This document shows positions 16,472 to 26,800 of a stretch of DNA of 64,000 bases, one piece after another (the stretch's first letter is position 1; each line of letters opens with the position of its first letter). Position numbers and translations under genes: made by a program. Under the pieces are notes generated by a model. It was not told the origin of the DNA. It was given only the letters and a program-made list of their open reading frames with translations, and did no database searches. Origin of the DNA: an uncultured Acidimicrobiales bacterium (GTDB lineage Bacteria > Actinomycetota > Acidimicrobiia > Acidimicrobiales > DATKAS01); assembly GCA_963802505.1 (NCBI GenBank), contig CAWDJB010000002.1, positions 20,627 to 84,626 on the forward strand, in the 5' to 3' direction.

Positions 16472-18547
16472 GTGCACCACCCCCTCCCTAAGGTGACCGC
16501 CGTGCCCGACGACGCTGCCGCGAGTGACGCCCACGCGCTGCTCGACGATCTCGACCCCGAGCAGCGCGCCGCAGTCACGAGCTCGGGTGCCCCGCTCTGC
16601 ATCGTCGCGGGTCCCGGCGCCGGCAAGACGCGGGTGCTCACCCGTCGCGTCGCGTACCGACTCGCGACGGGCACGGCCGACCCCGGCCACGTCCTCGTCA
16701 TCACCTTCACGCGCAAGGCCGCGACCGAGCTGAACCGTCGGCTCGGCGCGCTGGGCCTGCGCGGGCAGGCGGTTGCCGGCACCTTCCACGCGGTCGCCCT
16801 GGCCCAGCTGCGCCAGCGCTGGACCGACGCCGGCGTGACTCCCCCGTCGCTGCTCGACCGCAAAGCCGGTCTCCTCGCGCCGCTGGTCAGCCAATCGGCC
16901 AAACGCGGCGGGCAAGCGCAGTACGTGCAGCCCGCCGATGTCGCGGCCGAGATCGAATGGGCGAAGGCGCGCATGATCAACCCCGGTGCGTACGCGGCCG
17001 CGTGCGACGAAGCCGGCCGCCGCCCCCCGCTGACACCCACGATCGTGGCGTCGATCTACGAGCGCTACGAGCGGCTGAAGCGCGAACGCGGGCTGATCGA
17101 CTTCGACGACGTGCTCATCCAGTGCGCACGCGCGATGCGCGACGACCGTGACTTCGCAGCCGTGCAGCGGTGGAAGTTCCGACATCTCTTCGTCGACGAG
17201 TTCCAAGACATCAACCCACTGCAGCTCCATCTGCTCGAAGCCTGGCGCGCCGAGCGACCCGATCTCTGCGTCGTCGGCGATCCCGACCAGGCCATCTACG
17301 GCTGGAACGGAGCCGACGTCAGCGCGCTGGCCGACTTCGGCGGTCGGTACCCGGGTTCGACGATCGTGCGGCTCGAGACCAACTACCGATCGACGCCGCA
17401 GATCGTGCGCACGGCGTCTCGAGTGCTCGCACGGCGAAGCCGGCGCACGGTGCAGGGCGACGGGCCGATCCCGTCGATCTCCGTGCACCCCACCGACGTC
17501 GCCGAAGCGGCAGCGGTGGCGCGACGCATCCGCGATCGGCGCGGGCCCGCGATGGGTTGGCGCCATCTCGCCGTCCTCGCTCGCACCAACGCGCAGCTCA
17601 CGTTGATCGAAGAAGCGCTGCGCGCGGCCCAGGTGCCGTGCCGAATGCGCGGCGGAGGCAGCCTGCTCGAGCAGCCCGAGGTCAAGGCGTGGCTGCGCGA
17701 TCCGCGCCATCGCGGGCCGACACCGGTGGCTCCCCGCCTCGCCGACCTCGAGGCGTTGCTCGACGAGGCCGACGACGAGGCGCCTGGCAACGATCCTGCG
17801 AGCGGGCTCACCGACGAGCGCCGACGCAACCTCGAAGAGCTCGTGCGCGTCGGGCATGAGTATCTCGCGCTCGATCCGACCGGCACCTCGGTCGGGTTCG
17901 CCGAATGGCTGAGCGCAACGCTGCGCACTGACGACATCTCGCCCGACGCCGACGCGGTCGATCTCGTGACCTTCCACCGCGCGAAGGGGCTCGAGTGGCC
18001 GGTGGTCGTCGTCACTGGCCTCGAGCGTGGGCTCGTTCCGATCGGCCAGGCGACCACTCCCGAGGCCCTCGAAGAGGAGACGCGGCTCCTCTACGTCGCG
18101 CTGACGCGTGCCGAGCGCGAGCTCTACATCACGTGGGCGGAGCAACGCACCTTCGGCACCCGCCAGATGAACCGTTCGCCCTCCCCTCTGCTCGCATCCA
18201 TCGAGGACGAGTGCGAGGCGATGCGCCAAGGGTCCCCCGAGACCGACCACCGCGCCTCGCTCCGCGACGCGCGGCGCACGCTCGACGCGGCCCGCTCCGG
18301 CAAGCGCGACGGGCACGATCCGCTCTTCCTGGCGCTGAAGGAGTGGCGACTTGCCCGCGCCCGGGCAGCCGAGACGCCCGCATACACGATCTTCGACGAC
18401 AAGACCCTCACCGCGATCGTCGAGATCGAGCCCCGCACGAAGACCGCGCTACGGGCGGTGCCGGGCATCGGCCCGGTGAAGCTCGAACGCTACGGCGACG
18501 AGGTGCTCGAGCTCGTGTCGGCGTTCGTCTCGTCACGATCGACCTGA
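16472..18547 (+). CDS. uvrD2: UvrD/Rep-family DNA helicase with C-terminal HRDC domain (UvrD2-type)
   Basis: 691 aa. Walker A AGPGAGKTRVLT, helicase motifs (FDDVL, VDEFQDIN, YRS), and C-terminal LKEWRLARARAAETPAYTIFDDKTLTAIV...VPGIGPVKLERYG (HRDC). Exact start (GTG 16472 or a downstream GTG) is uncertain. Confidence 0.85.
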   Translation: MHHPLPKVTAVPDDAAASDAHALLDDLDPEQRAAVTSSGAPLCIVAGPGAGKTRVLTRRVAYRLATGTADPGHVLVITFTRKAATELNRRLGALGLRGQAVAGTFHAVALAQLRQRWTDAGVTPPSLLDRKAGLLAPLVSQSAKRGGQAQYVQPADVAAEIEWAKARMINPGAYAAACDEAGRRPPLTPTIVASIYERYERLKRERGLIDFDDVLIQCARAMRDDRDFAAVQRWKFRHLFVDEFQDINPLQLHLLEAWRAERPDLCVVGDPDQAIYGWNGADVSALADFGGRYPGSTIVRLETNYRSTPQIVRTASRVLARRSRRTVQGDGPIPSISVHPTDVAEAAAVARRIRDRRGPAMGWRHLAVLARTNAQLTLIEEALRAAQVPCRMRGGGSLLEQPEVKAWLRDPRHRGPTPVAPRLADLEALLDEADDEAPGNDPASGLTDERRRNLEELVRVGHEYLALDPTGTSVGFAEWLSATLRTDDISPDADAVDLVTFHRAKGLEWPVVVVTGLERGLVPIGQATTPEALEEETRLLYVALTRAERELYITWAEQRTFGTRQMNRSPSPLLASIEDECEAMRQGSPETDHRASLRDARRTLDAARSGKRDGHDPLFLALKEWRLARARAAETPAYTIFDDKTLTAIVEIEPRTKTALRAVPGIGPVKLERYGDEVLELVSAFVSSRST

Positions 18548-19212
18548 GCGCGCATCGCCTCGAACTTCGCGAAGTCGACCGAGATGAACAGCGCCTCGCC
18601 TTCGGCGCAAACCACCTCGCCGTTGAACAGCGTGCCCTCTGTGTAGATCTTGCGGCCGTCGATGCGTGCGACCCTCGCGACGAACTGCAGGTCGGTGTGC
18701 AGGGGCGTGGGACTGCGGTACTTGACCGTGAGGATGCCGGTCATGCCCGGTGCGCCCGCGATCGACTGCGTCATGCCGAGCACCTCGTCGAACGCGGCTG
18801 CGATGTGGCCGCCATGGACGCACCCGGGGGGACCCTCATAGGCGGCACCCCAGCGCGCTTGGCCGCGCACCTCGTTGTCGGTCACCTGCATCTCCACCGG
18901 AGGTGCGAGTGGGTTCGCCCGGCCGAACACCGGCGAGTAGTCGAAGAAGCCGAATGCATCCCCCGCGTTGGCAGCCTCGGCCCAGCCGTCGATGACCCGA
19001 CCCCGCGGCTGCGCGCGGAGCACGGCCGCCAGCGCCTCGGCGAGGTCGGCCGCCTCGGCGATGTCGGCGTCGGAGGCTCGCGTGTGGATGAGGCAGTCGA
19101 TCGCGACCCGCAGCGCGTCGGCGAGCCGATACAGCTCGGCTCGGCGCCCACTGACCTCGGCTCCGATGAGCTGCTGGTAGCGCTCGTGGTACGGCGGAAA
19201 GATGTCAGCCAC
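18490..19212 (-). CDS. PaaI-family (hotdog fold) thioesterase with N-terminal helical extension
   Basis: 240 aa, GCVHGGHIAAAFDEVLG and a TVKY...G hotdog core. The 3' end overlaps uvrD2 by 58 nt (convergent). Confidence 0.7.
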   Translation of the reverse strand: MADIFPPYHERYQQLIGAEVSGRRAELYRLADALRVAIDCLIHTRASDADIAEAADLAEALAAVLRAQPRGRVIDGWAEAANAGDAFGFFDYSPVFGRANPLAPPVEMQVTDNEVRGQARWGAAYEGPPGCVHGGHIAAAFDEVLGMTQSIAGAPGMTGILTVKYRSPTPLHTDLQFVARVARIDGRKIYTEGTLFNGEVVCAEGEALFISVDFAKFEAMRAQVDRDETNADTSSSTSSP

Positions 19213-19984
19213 GATCGTCGAAGTCGACTACGAGGGGCGCGTGGTCAGAGGGCAGTGAGCCCTTGCGGGCGTTGCGGTCGATGAGCGCCCACCGCACCCG
19301 CTTCGCCATCGACTGGCTCGCGAGCATCAAGTCGATGCGCATGCCCCGGCCCTCGTGGAAGTCGCCGGCGCGGTAGTCCCACCACGAGAACAGCTTGTCT
19401 TCCTGGTAGATCTCACGGAACACGTCGACGAGCCCCCAACCCTCGAGCTCGCGGAGGGCGGCTCGCTCGGCCGGGCTCGTGTGGGTGGTGTCGATGTACT
19501 TCGCGGCGTCGTACACGTCGCGGTCCTCGGGAGCGATGTTGAAGTCACCGCACACGATCACGTCGTCGTCCGGCTCTGCGGTCGCCGCGACGTGGGCGCG
19601 CAACCGCTTCAACCACGCGAGCTTGTAGGTGTACTGCTCGTGGTCGATCGAGCGCCCGTTGGGGACGTACACGCTCGTGATGCGCACGCCTCCGCATGTC
19701 GCGGTCACGAGCCGCGCCTCGGCATCGGCGGGTTCGCCGTCGTGGAAGCCGGCGACGATGTCGTCGATGCCGACGCGACTCAAGATCGCGACACCATTCC
19801 ATCGGCCTTCGCCGACGTGGATCGCTTCGTACCCATGCGCTTGGAACGCCATCGCCGGAAACGCGGAGTCGGCGAGCTTCGTCTCCTGCATGCACAGCAC
19901 GTCGGGATCACCGATCGACAGCCATTCCTCGACTCGAGGCAGGCGGGCCTTCAGCGAGTTCACGTTCCACGTCGCCACGCGCAC
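19205..19984 (-). CDS. xthA: exodeoxyribonuclease III
   Basis: 259 aa, MRVATWNVNSL...LCMQETK...GDFNIAP...SDHAP, a complete EEP nuclease motif set. Confidence 0.9.
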   Translation of the reverse strand: MRVATWNVNSLKARLPRVEEWLSIGDPDVLCMQETKLADSAFPAMAFQAHGYEAIHVGEGRWNGVAILSRVGIDDIVAGFHDGEPADAEARLVTATCGGVRITSVYVPNGRSIDHEQYTYKLAWLKRLRAHVAATAEPDDDVIVCGDFNIAPEDRDVYDAAKYIDTTHTSPAERAALRELEGWGLVDVFREIYQEDKLFSWWDYRAGDFHEGRGMRIDLMLASQSMAKRVRWALIDRNARKGSLPSDHAPLVVDFDDRG

Positions 19985-20022
19985 CAGTCGACCTTACCCG
20001 GGGCACCAGTAGCCTCCCCCGG

Positions 20023-20625
20023 GTGGAGGCGGTCGTCTGGAGCGACTACTTGTGCCCGTGGTGCTACCTCGGGCGCGACCGCACGACGCTCCTCGAACAG
20101 CTCGGCGTCGCGGTGACTCCACTCCCCTACGACCTGCATCCCGAGCTGCCGGCGGCGGGGCGGCGCGTGTCGCCCACCGGACGGCTCGCGGAGGTGGTGG
20201 CGCGGATCGGCGCCGAGTGCGCCGCCGTCGGGCTGCCGTTCACGCCGCCCGAGCACATCCCGAACACTCGGCTCGCCCAGCGCGCCGCGGAGATCGTGCG
20301 CCCCGACGACCTCGACGGATTCACACGCCTCGACGCTGCGCTGTTCGCGGCGGTGTTCGTCGACGGTGTGGACATCGGCGATCCTGAGCGGCTCGCGGAC
20401 ATCGTGACGCGCAGCGGCGCCGATGGCGACGCAGTCGTGCGCGCGGCGCAGGCCGGCGAGGGCGCCGACGCGGTGCGCGCTTCGATGGACGCCGCGCACG
20501 AGGTGGGGGTCACGGGCACCCCGGCGTGGCTGCTCGACGGCAAGCTGCTGATCCCGGGCGTGCAGGATCGGTCGACGATCGAGCAATGGGTCACCCGGAT
20601 GATCGCCCGGTCGACCTCAGGCTGA
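20023..20625 (+). CDS. DsbA-family thioredoxin-fold oxidoreductase (FrnE-like)
   Basis: GTG at 20023. WSDYLCPWCYLG CxxC motif and C-terminal GVTGTPAWLLDG. Confidence 0.8.
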   Translation: MEAVVWSDYLCPWCYLGRDRTTLLEQLGVAVTPLPYDLHPELPAAGRRVSPTGRLAEVVARIGAECAAVGLPFTPPEHIPNTRLAQRAAEIVRPDDLDGFTRLDAALFAAVFVDGVDIGDPERLADIVTRSGADGDAVVRAAQAGEGADAVRASMDAAHEVGVTGTPAWLLDGKLLIPGVQDRSTIEQWVTRMIARSTSG

Positions 20626-21825
20626 GGGAGCGGCCTTCTTCGCCGCCGACTTCTTCGCGGCGGTTTTCTTCGCCGCGGCCTTCTCGGCCGGCGCCTTCTT
20701 GATCGCGGCCTTCTTCACCGTCGCCTTCTTCGCCGCGGCTTTCTTCACCGGCAAGTCGTCCGGCTTCTCGGGCTTCGCGGACGCCTTCTCGGCTGCCTTC
20801 CTCGGGGCCGCGGCCTTCTTCGCCACCACCTTCTTCACCGCCGCCTTCTTCGCGGCGGCCTTCTTCGTCGCCGCCGTCTTGGCCGGCGCGCCGGGCGCAG
20901 CCTCGGTCGGCACGAGGCCATCCGGCTCGAAACCGGGCATCGCGAGATCGACGCCCCGGCGACCGGCCGCGATGGAGACGACGGTGAACGACATCGTCGA
21001 TCCGAGCGTGAGCACCTCCCGCGCGCTGCGCGGTGCGGGCTTGCCGAGGTAGCGAAGCGGGATGTAGCAGCGCACCGACTCGGACATCGCGTACGCGCCG
21101 TGCGACGAGAACGACTCGACGGTGGCATCGACGGGCGAGCCGACGGGATGGTGCGCGACGAACTCGACGAACGGCAGCAGCGGGTTGAGCGCCTCTGCCT
21201 TCTTCCCCTTTTGATCGACCGCGGCAGGAGCAGTGGGTTCCTCCACAGCCTTCCGCTTGCTGGGGGGCGGCGCCTTCGGAACGGGCATGGGGGCGGAGGC
21301 CGCCGGTGACGGACGACTGGCAGCCTTCTTCGCGCCCCGGCCGCTCGGGCCGGCTCCGTCCTTCTTCGCGCCGCGCAGCGCCCGTCGGCTGGTCGGCCCG
21401 CGCACCGGGCTGCGCAACACGAAGACCCACCCGATGTGGGGCACCGGCTTGCCGCCCATGAGGCGTCCCTCGTCGAACAACCAGTCGTACTCGCCGTGGA
21501 ACTCCTGGAAGCTGTCGTTCGACAGCACCATCGCGTCGGCCTTGTCGGCGATCTGGAGCACGAACGCGTCGCCGCGGCCGATCGCGCCGGCCGGGGGCGA
21601 CACCAGCTCGTTGGCGTCGATCGCGGCATCGAAGCCCGCGACCTCGGCCTTGTCGATGCGATGGCCGAAGGTCGCGTCGACGACCACCGTCACGGTGTGC
21701 TCGGGGTTCTCGGTCATGAACGCCCGGACGGCCTCGTCGAGCTGCTTGAGGCTGGGGTGCGAACGACCCTCGGTTGCGATGTTCGAGCCGTCGACGACGA
21801 CGTGGCGGGGGAGGTTCCGAGCCAT
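20617..21825 (-). CDS. NYN (Zc3h12a-like) ribonuclease domain / S1-like OB domain / Lys-Ala-rich histone-H1-like tail fusion protein
   Basis: 402 aa. N-terminus HVVVDGSNIA...VVVDATFGHR...GRGDAFVL...VLSNDSF carries the NYN acidic residues. The middle VGSPVDATVESFSSHGAYAM...VRCYIPLRYLG...G.TMSFTVVSI is S1/OB-like. The C-terminal ~110 aa is made of AKKAAxKK repeats. Confidence 0.7.
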   Translation of the reverse strand: MARNLPRHVVVDGSNIATEGRSHPSLKQLDEAVRAFMTENPEHTVTVVVDATFGHRIDKAEVAGFDAAIDANELVSPPAGAIGRGDAFVLQIADKADAMVLSNDSFQEFHGEYDWLFDEGRLMGGKPVPHIGWVFVLRSPVRGPTSRRALRGAKKDGAGPSGRGAKKAASRPSPAASAPMPVPKAPPPSKRKAVEEPTAPAAVDQKGKKAEALNPLLPFVEFVAHHPVGSPVDATVESFSSHGAYAMSESVRCYIPLRYLGKPAPRSAREVLTLGSTMSFTVVSIAAGRRGVDLAMPGFEPDGLVPTEAAPGAPAKTAATKKAAAKKAAVKKVVAKKAAAPRKAAEKASAKPEKPDDLPVKKAAAKKATVKKAAIKKAPAEKAAAKKTAAKKSAAKKAAPSA

Positions 21826-21890
21826 GGTGGTCCTCAGTCAACCATCCAGAGGGCGGAAGGCCGGGCATCGGCCCCGCCTACAGTGCCGGC

Positions 21891-23222
21891 ATGGACGACC
21901 CCACCGGGGAAGTGACCGAGCTCCTGCAGCAGCTCATCCGCAATCGATGCGTGAACGACGGCACCCAGGAGTCGGGCGGCGAGACGGCGAGCGCCGATGT
22001 CCTCGCCACTTACCTCGAAGGCACCGGGCTCGACCTCGAGCGCTTCGAGGCCGTCCCCGGCCGGGCAAACCTGGTCGCCCGAATCGAGGGCTCCGACCCG
22101 TCCTCCCCGTCGCTCCTACTCATGGGCCACACCGACGTCGTGCCCGTCACCGAGAACCGCTGGCGCCACGACCCGTTCGGGGGCGAGGTCATCGACGGCG
22201 AGGTGTGGGGTCGCGGAGCCGTCGACATGCTCAACCTCACTGCCTCCATGGCCGTCGCGTTCAAGCACCTCGCGACGTCGGGGTTCAAGCCGAAGGGAAC
22301 GCTCATCTACTTGGGCGTCGCCGACGAGGAAGCCCTCGGCACGTACGGCGCCGACTACCTCGTCGACCACGAGCGTGAGCACGTCGTCGCCGACTACGTG
22401 CTCACCGAGGCCGGCGGCTTTCCCATGGATCTCGGCGGAGGCGTGCGCCTGCCGGTGATCGTCGGCGAGAAGGGCACCTTCTGGAGCACGTTGCGAGTGA
22501 CCGGCACCCCGGGTCATGCGTCGATGCCGCTCCGCACCGACAACGCGTTGGTGAAGGCGGCCGAGGTCGTGCGTCGCCTCGCCGAGTACAAGCCCGAGAC
22601 GCAGCTGCACGACACGTGGCGTCGCTTCGTGCAGGACATCGGTCTGCCGCCCGAGGTCGTCGCCGACCTGCTCGACCCCGACCGCCTCGTCGCCCTGTGC
22701 GACGAGCTGCCGCTCGCGATGGCGCGCGAGTTCCATGCCTGCACGCACACGACCTTCGCGCCGACGATCATCCACGGCGGCACGAAGACCAACGTGATCC
22801 CCGACACCGTCGACCTCACCGTCGACATCCGCACGCTGCCCGGTCAGGGCGAGCCCGAGGTGCGAGCGATGCTCGACGAAGCGCTCGGTGACCTGTCGAG
22901 CTCGGTCCAGCTCGTCTCGTTCAACGACGATGGTCCGACGGCGTCCGACTTCGACACGCCGATGTGGGACGCCATGAACCGGGTGAGCCGCGGCTTCTAC
23001 CCCGACGGCATGCTCGTGCCCTTCCTCACAGTCGGTGGCACCGACGCCCGGTTCTTCCGCCGGGCCGGATCGGCTGCCTACGGCTTCGGGCTCTTCAGCC
23101 GCAACATGACGTTCGAGGACTACGGCGTGATGTTCCACGGTGACGACGAGCGCGTCGACCAGGAGTCGCTGCGCCTCTCGACCGAGATGTGGCACGCGCT
23201 CGCGATCGACTTCCTCGGCTGA
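21891..23222 (+). CDS. M20/M25/M40 family metallopeptidase (paralog 1)
   Basis: ATG at 21891. LLLMGHTDVVPV, WGRGAVDMLN, VADEE, plus the dimerisation-domain pattern. Confidence 0.85.
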   Translation: MDDPTGEVTELLQQLIRNRCVNDGTQESGGETASADVLATYLEGTGLDLERFEAVPGRANLVARIEGSDPSSPSLLLMGHTDVVPVTENRWRHDPFGGEVIDGEVWGRGAVDMLNLTASMAVAFKHLATSGFKPKGTLIYLGVADEEALGTYGADYLVDHEREHVVADYVLTEAGGFPMDLGGGVRLPVIVGEKGTFWSTLRVTGTPGHASMPLRTDNALVKAAEVVRRLAEYKPETQLHDTWRRFVQDIGLPPEVVADLLDPDRLVALCDELPLAMAREFHACTHTTFAPTIIHGGTKTNVIPDTVDLTVDIRTLPGQGEPEVRAMLDEALGDLSSSVQLVSFNDDGPTASDFDTPMWDAMNRVSRGFYPDGMLVPFLTVGGTDARFFRRAGSAAYGFGLFSRNMTFEDYGVMFHGDDERVDQESLRLSTEMWHALAIDFLG

Positions 23223-23226
23223 TCGC

Positions 23227-23853
23227 ATGATCGAAGCGGTGCTGTTCGACTTCGGCGGCGTGATCCTGACGAGCCCGTTCGAGGCCTTCTCGAAGTACGA
23301 AGCCGAGATCGGCGTGCCCGACGGCTTGCTGCGCGGGCTCAACGCGACGAACCCCGACGCGAACGCCTGGGCTCGACTCGAGCGCAGTGACGTCTCGATC
23401 GACGAGTTCTGCGCGCTCTACGAGGAAGAAGCTGCCGCGGCGGGCCACACCATCGACGCTCGGCGCGTTCTCGAGGCGCTCGCTGGCGAGCTACGTCCCG
23501 AGATGGTCGAGGCGCTCCGCCGATGCTCCGCCCAGCTGAAGACCGCATGCCTCACCAACAACTTCGTCACCACCCCTGGACATGTCGATCGCGAGCCGCA
23601 GATGGCCGAGGTGATGGCGCTCTTCCACGTCGTGGTCGAGTCGAGCAAGGTCGGTGTGCGCAAGCCCGATCCTCGCTTCTACGAGATGGCCTGCGAGCTG
23701 CTCGACGTGAAGCCCCAGGCCTGCGTGTTCCTCGACGACCTCGGGATCAACCTGAAGCCCGCTCGGGCGATGGGAATGACGACGATCAAGGTGCTCGGCC
23801 CGCAGCAAGCCCTCGCGGATCTCGAGGCGGTCGTCGGCTTCCCGTTGGCCTGA
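23227..23853 (+). CDS. HAD-superfamily hydrolase (subfamily IA)
   Basis: ATG at 23227. AVLFDFGGVI (DxG-type motif I variant), TNN, K.D, and FLDDLGINL motif IV. Confidence 0.85.
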   Translation: MIEAVLFDFGGVILTSPFEAFSKYEAEIGVPDGLLRGLNATNPDANAWARLERSDVSIDEFCALYEEEAAAAGHTIDARRVLEALAGELRPEMVEALRRCSAQLKTACLTNNFVTTPGHVDREPQMAEVMALFHVVVESSKVGVRKPDPRFYEMACELLDVKPQACVFLDDLGINLKPARAMGMTTIKVLGPQQALADLEAVVGFPLA

Positions 23854-23862
23854 CGCCCCGAC

Positions 23863-26800
23863 CTACAGGCCGGCGAAGGACTCGTCGAGCAGGTCGTTGA
23901 GCTCTTGGAGATGGATGACACCCGAGCCGGTCGCGGGGCTGCCTGACTCGACGCGGCACACCTGGTGGACCTTGTAGCCCGCGTTCTCGATCTCGTGGCT
24001 GCGGTCGTACATGAACCGCCACGGGCCCATGTTCTCGGGCTCCTCTTGCAGCCAGACCACCTCACGAGCGTTCTCGTAGCGGCGCAAGATGTCGATGAGC
24101 TGGTCGCGCGGGAAGGGATAGAGCTGCTCGACGCGCACGACCGCAACCGGAGCGGCAAGCTCGTCGCGCCGGGCGATCGCGTCGTAGGCGACCTTGCCGG
24201 AGCAGAAGATGATGCGACGCACCTCTGTCGGATCGGCGATCGACGCGTCGTCGAGCACCTCCTCGAACGACCCGACAGTGAGCTCCTCGATCGGCGATCG
24301 CGCGTACTTCGCGCGGAGCAACGACTTCGGCGTGAAGAGCACGAGCGGCTTGCGGATCTCACGCCGCACCTGGCGTCGCAGGACGTGGAAGTACTGCGCA
24401 GGCGTCGTCGCGTTCACGACTTGGAGGTTGTCCTCGGCGCACATCGTGAGGAAGCGCTCGATCCGAGCTGACGAGTGCTCGGGCCCCTGCCCCTCGTAGC
24501 CGTGCGGCAGCAGCATGACGAGGCCCGACGTCTGCAACCACTTGTCTTCGGCTGCGACGAGGAACTGGTCGATGATGATCTGAGCGCCGTTGACGAAGTC
24601 GCCGAACTGCGCCTCCCACGCCACGAGCGCGTCCTTGTGCACGACCGAGTAGCCGTACTCGAAGCCGACGGCGGCGTACTCGGACAGCAGCGAGTCGTAC
24701 ACCCAGAACTTGCCCTGGTTCTCGTCGAGCGACGCGAGCGGAGAGAACGCCCAACCGGTGTGGTAGTCGACGAGTAGGGCGTGCCGTTGGCTGAACGTCC
24801 CCCGGCGCGTGTCCTCGCCGGTGAGCCGCACATCAGTGCCCTCGAGCACCAGCGAGCCGAGCGCGAGCGCCTCGGCGGTGGCCCACTCGACCACACCGTC
24901 CTGCTCGTAGAGATGCGCGCGGGCCTCGAACTGCTTCGCGAGCTTGGGATGGATGGTGAAGCCGTCGGGCACCGAGGTGAGGGACGTGAAGATGCGATCG
25001 AGGGTGTCGCGCGGCACCCCTGTCGGGATGTGGGGCAGCACGCCGAGCGGCGCAGGCGGACGAGCGGCCTTCGCCGGCGTCGGCGGCGCGGTCTGACGGG
25101 TCTCGTCGAGAGCGACCTGCAAGCGGCGCTGGAAGTCGTCGAGTGACTGCTCGGCTTCTTCGAGGCTGAGCTCGCCACGCTTCACGAGCGATTCGGTGTA
25201 CAGCTTGCGCACCGAGCGCCGCTCGTCGATGAGCTTGTACATCAGCGGCTGCGTGTAGCTCGGGTCGTCTCCCTCGTTGTGGCCGTGACGCCGGTAGCAC
25301 ACCATGTCGATCACGACGTCTTTGTGGAACGTCTGACGGAACGCGTACGCGAGCCGAGCGACGCGGATGCATGCCTCGGGATCGTCGCCGTTCACGTGGA
25401 AGATCGGCGCCTGGATCATCTTGGCGACGTCGGTGGCGTACTGCGAGCTGCGCGCATGCTCGGGCGCGGTCGTGAAGCCGAGCTGGTTGTTGACGACCAG
25501 GTGGATCGTGCCACCGACTCGGTAGCCGGTGATGTCGCTCATGTTGAGGCACTCGGCGACGACACCCTGGCCGGCGAACGCGGCGTCACCGTGCATGAGG
25601 ATCGGCAGCACCGAGTACGAGCCCGGGCGATCGATCATGTCTTGGCGCGCCCGAGCCATGCCCCCGACGACGGGGTCGACTGCTTCGAGGTGCGACGGGT
25701 TTGCGGCGAGCTCGACCTTGATGTCGGCGCCCGAGGGGCTCACGAACTTGCCCGACGCCCCGAGGTGGTACTTGACGTCGCCCGAGCCCTGCGTCGAGGT
25801 CGGGTCGACGTAGCCCTCGAACTCACGGAAGATCTGGTCGTAGGACTTGCCGACGATGTTCGCCAGCACGCTCAGCCGGCCGCGGTGGGGCATGCCGAGC
25901 ACCACTCCGTCGAGACCCTCGTCCGCTGCCGACGAAAGGATCGAGTCGAGAATGGCGATCGCCGACTCGGCTCCTTCGAGGCCGAAGCGCTTCTGTCCGA
26001 CGTACTTCGTGGCGAGGAACCTCTCGAACGCCTCAGCGGCGTTCAGGCGGGACATCAAGTGCAGCTGCTCTTCGTGGCTGAGCACGAACCGCACGCCTTC
26101 GACCTGCTCCTGGATCCACTTCTGCTCGGCAGTGTCTTGGATGTGCATGTACTCGATGCCGATCGTGCGGCAGTAGGCGTCGCGCAGGATCCGCAGGATC
26201 TCGCCGAGCTCGAGCTGTTCGACTCCGCCGAGTCCGCCCGTGAGGAACTCGCGCTCGAGGTCCCAGATCGTGAGGCCGTAGGTGGCGGGATCGAGCTCGG
26301 GCTCCATCCGCGGCGCCTTCCACTTCAGCGGATCGAGGTCGGCGATGAGGTGACCGCGCACGCGGTAGACGCGGATGAGCGTCGAGATCATCATCTGCTT
26401 CTGAAGCCGCGCGTCGTCGTGGTCGGCCGGGTTGACGTCGCGGCGCCAACGCACCGGCTCGTAGGGAACGCCGAGCGAAGTGAACGCGGAGTCGTAGAAG
26501 CCGCCTTCGCCGACCAGCAGCTCGTGCACCCGCTTGAGGAACAGACCCGACTCGGCACCCTGGATCACCCGGTGGTCGTAGGTGGAGGTGATCGTCACGA
26601 CCTTCGATACGCCCAGGTCGGCGAGCGTCCGTTCGTCGGCGGCTTGATACTCGGCCGGGAAGTCGATCGCGCCGACCCCGACGATGACGCCCTGGCCTGG
26701 CATGAGCCGCGGCACTGACTGCACCGTGCCGATCGTCCCGGGGTTCGTCAGCGAGAGCGTCGCCCCCTGGAAGTCGTCGAGGGTCAGCTTGTTCGTGCGC

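Noticed and set aside
20626-20900. Tandem DNA repeats (GCCGCCTTCTTCGC-like units) as a possible repeat array or CRISPR-like feature
   Set aside because: They are the coding sequence of the AKKAAxKK tail of the NYN protein, in frame and without unique spacers. The Ala/Pro-coding repeats at 27215-27300 are likewise the Kgd linker.
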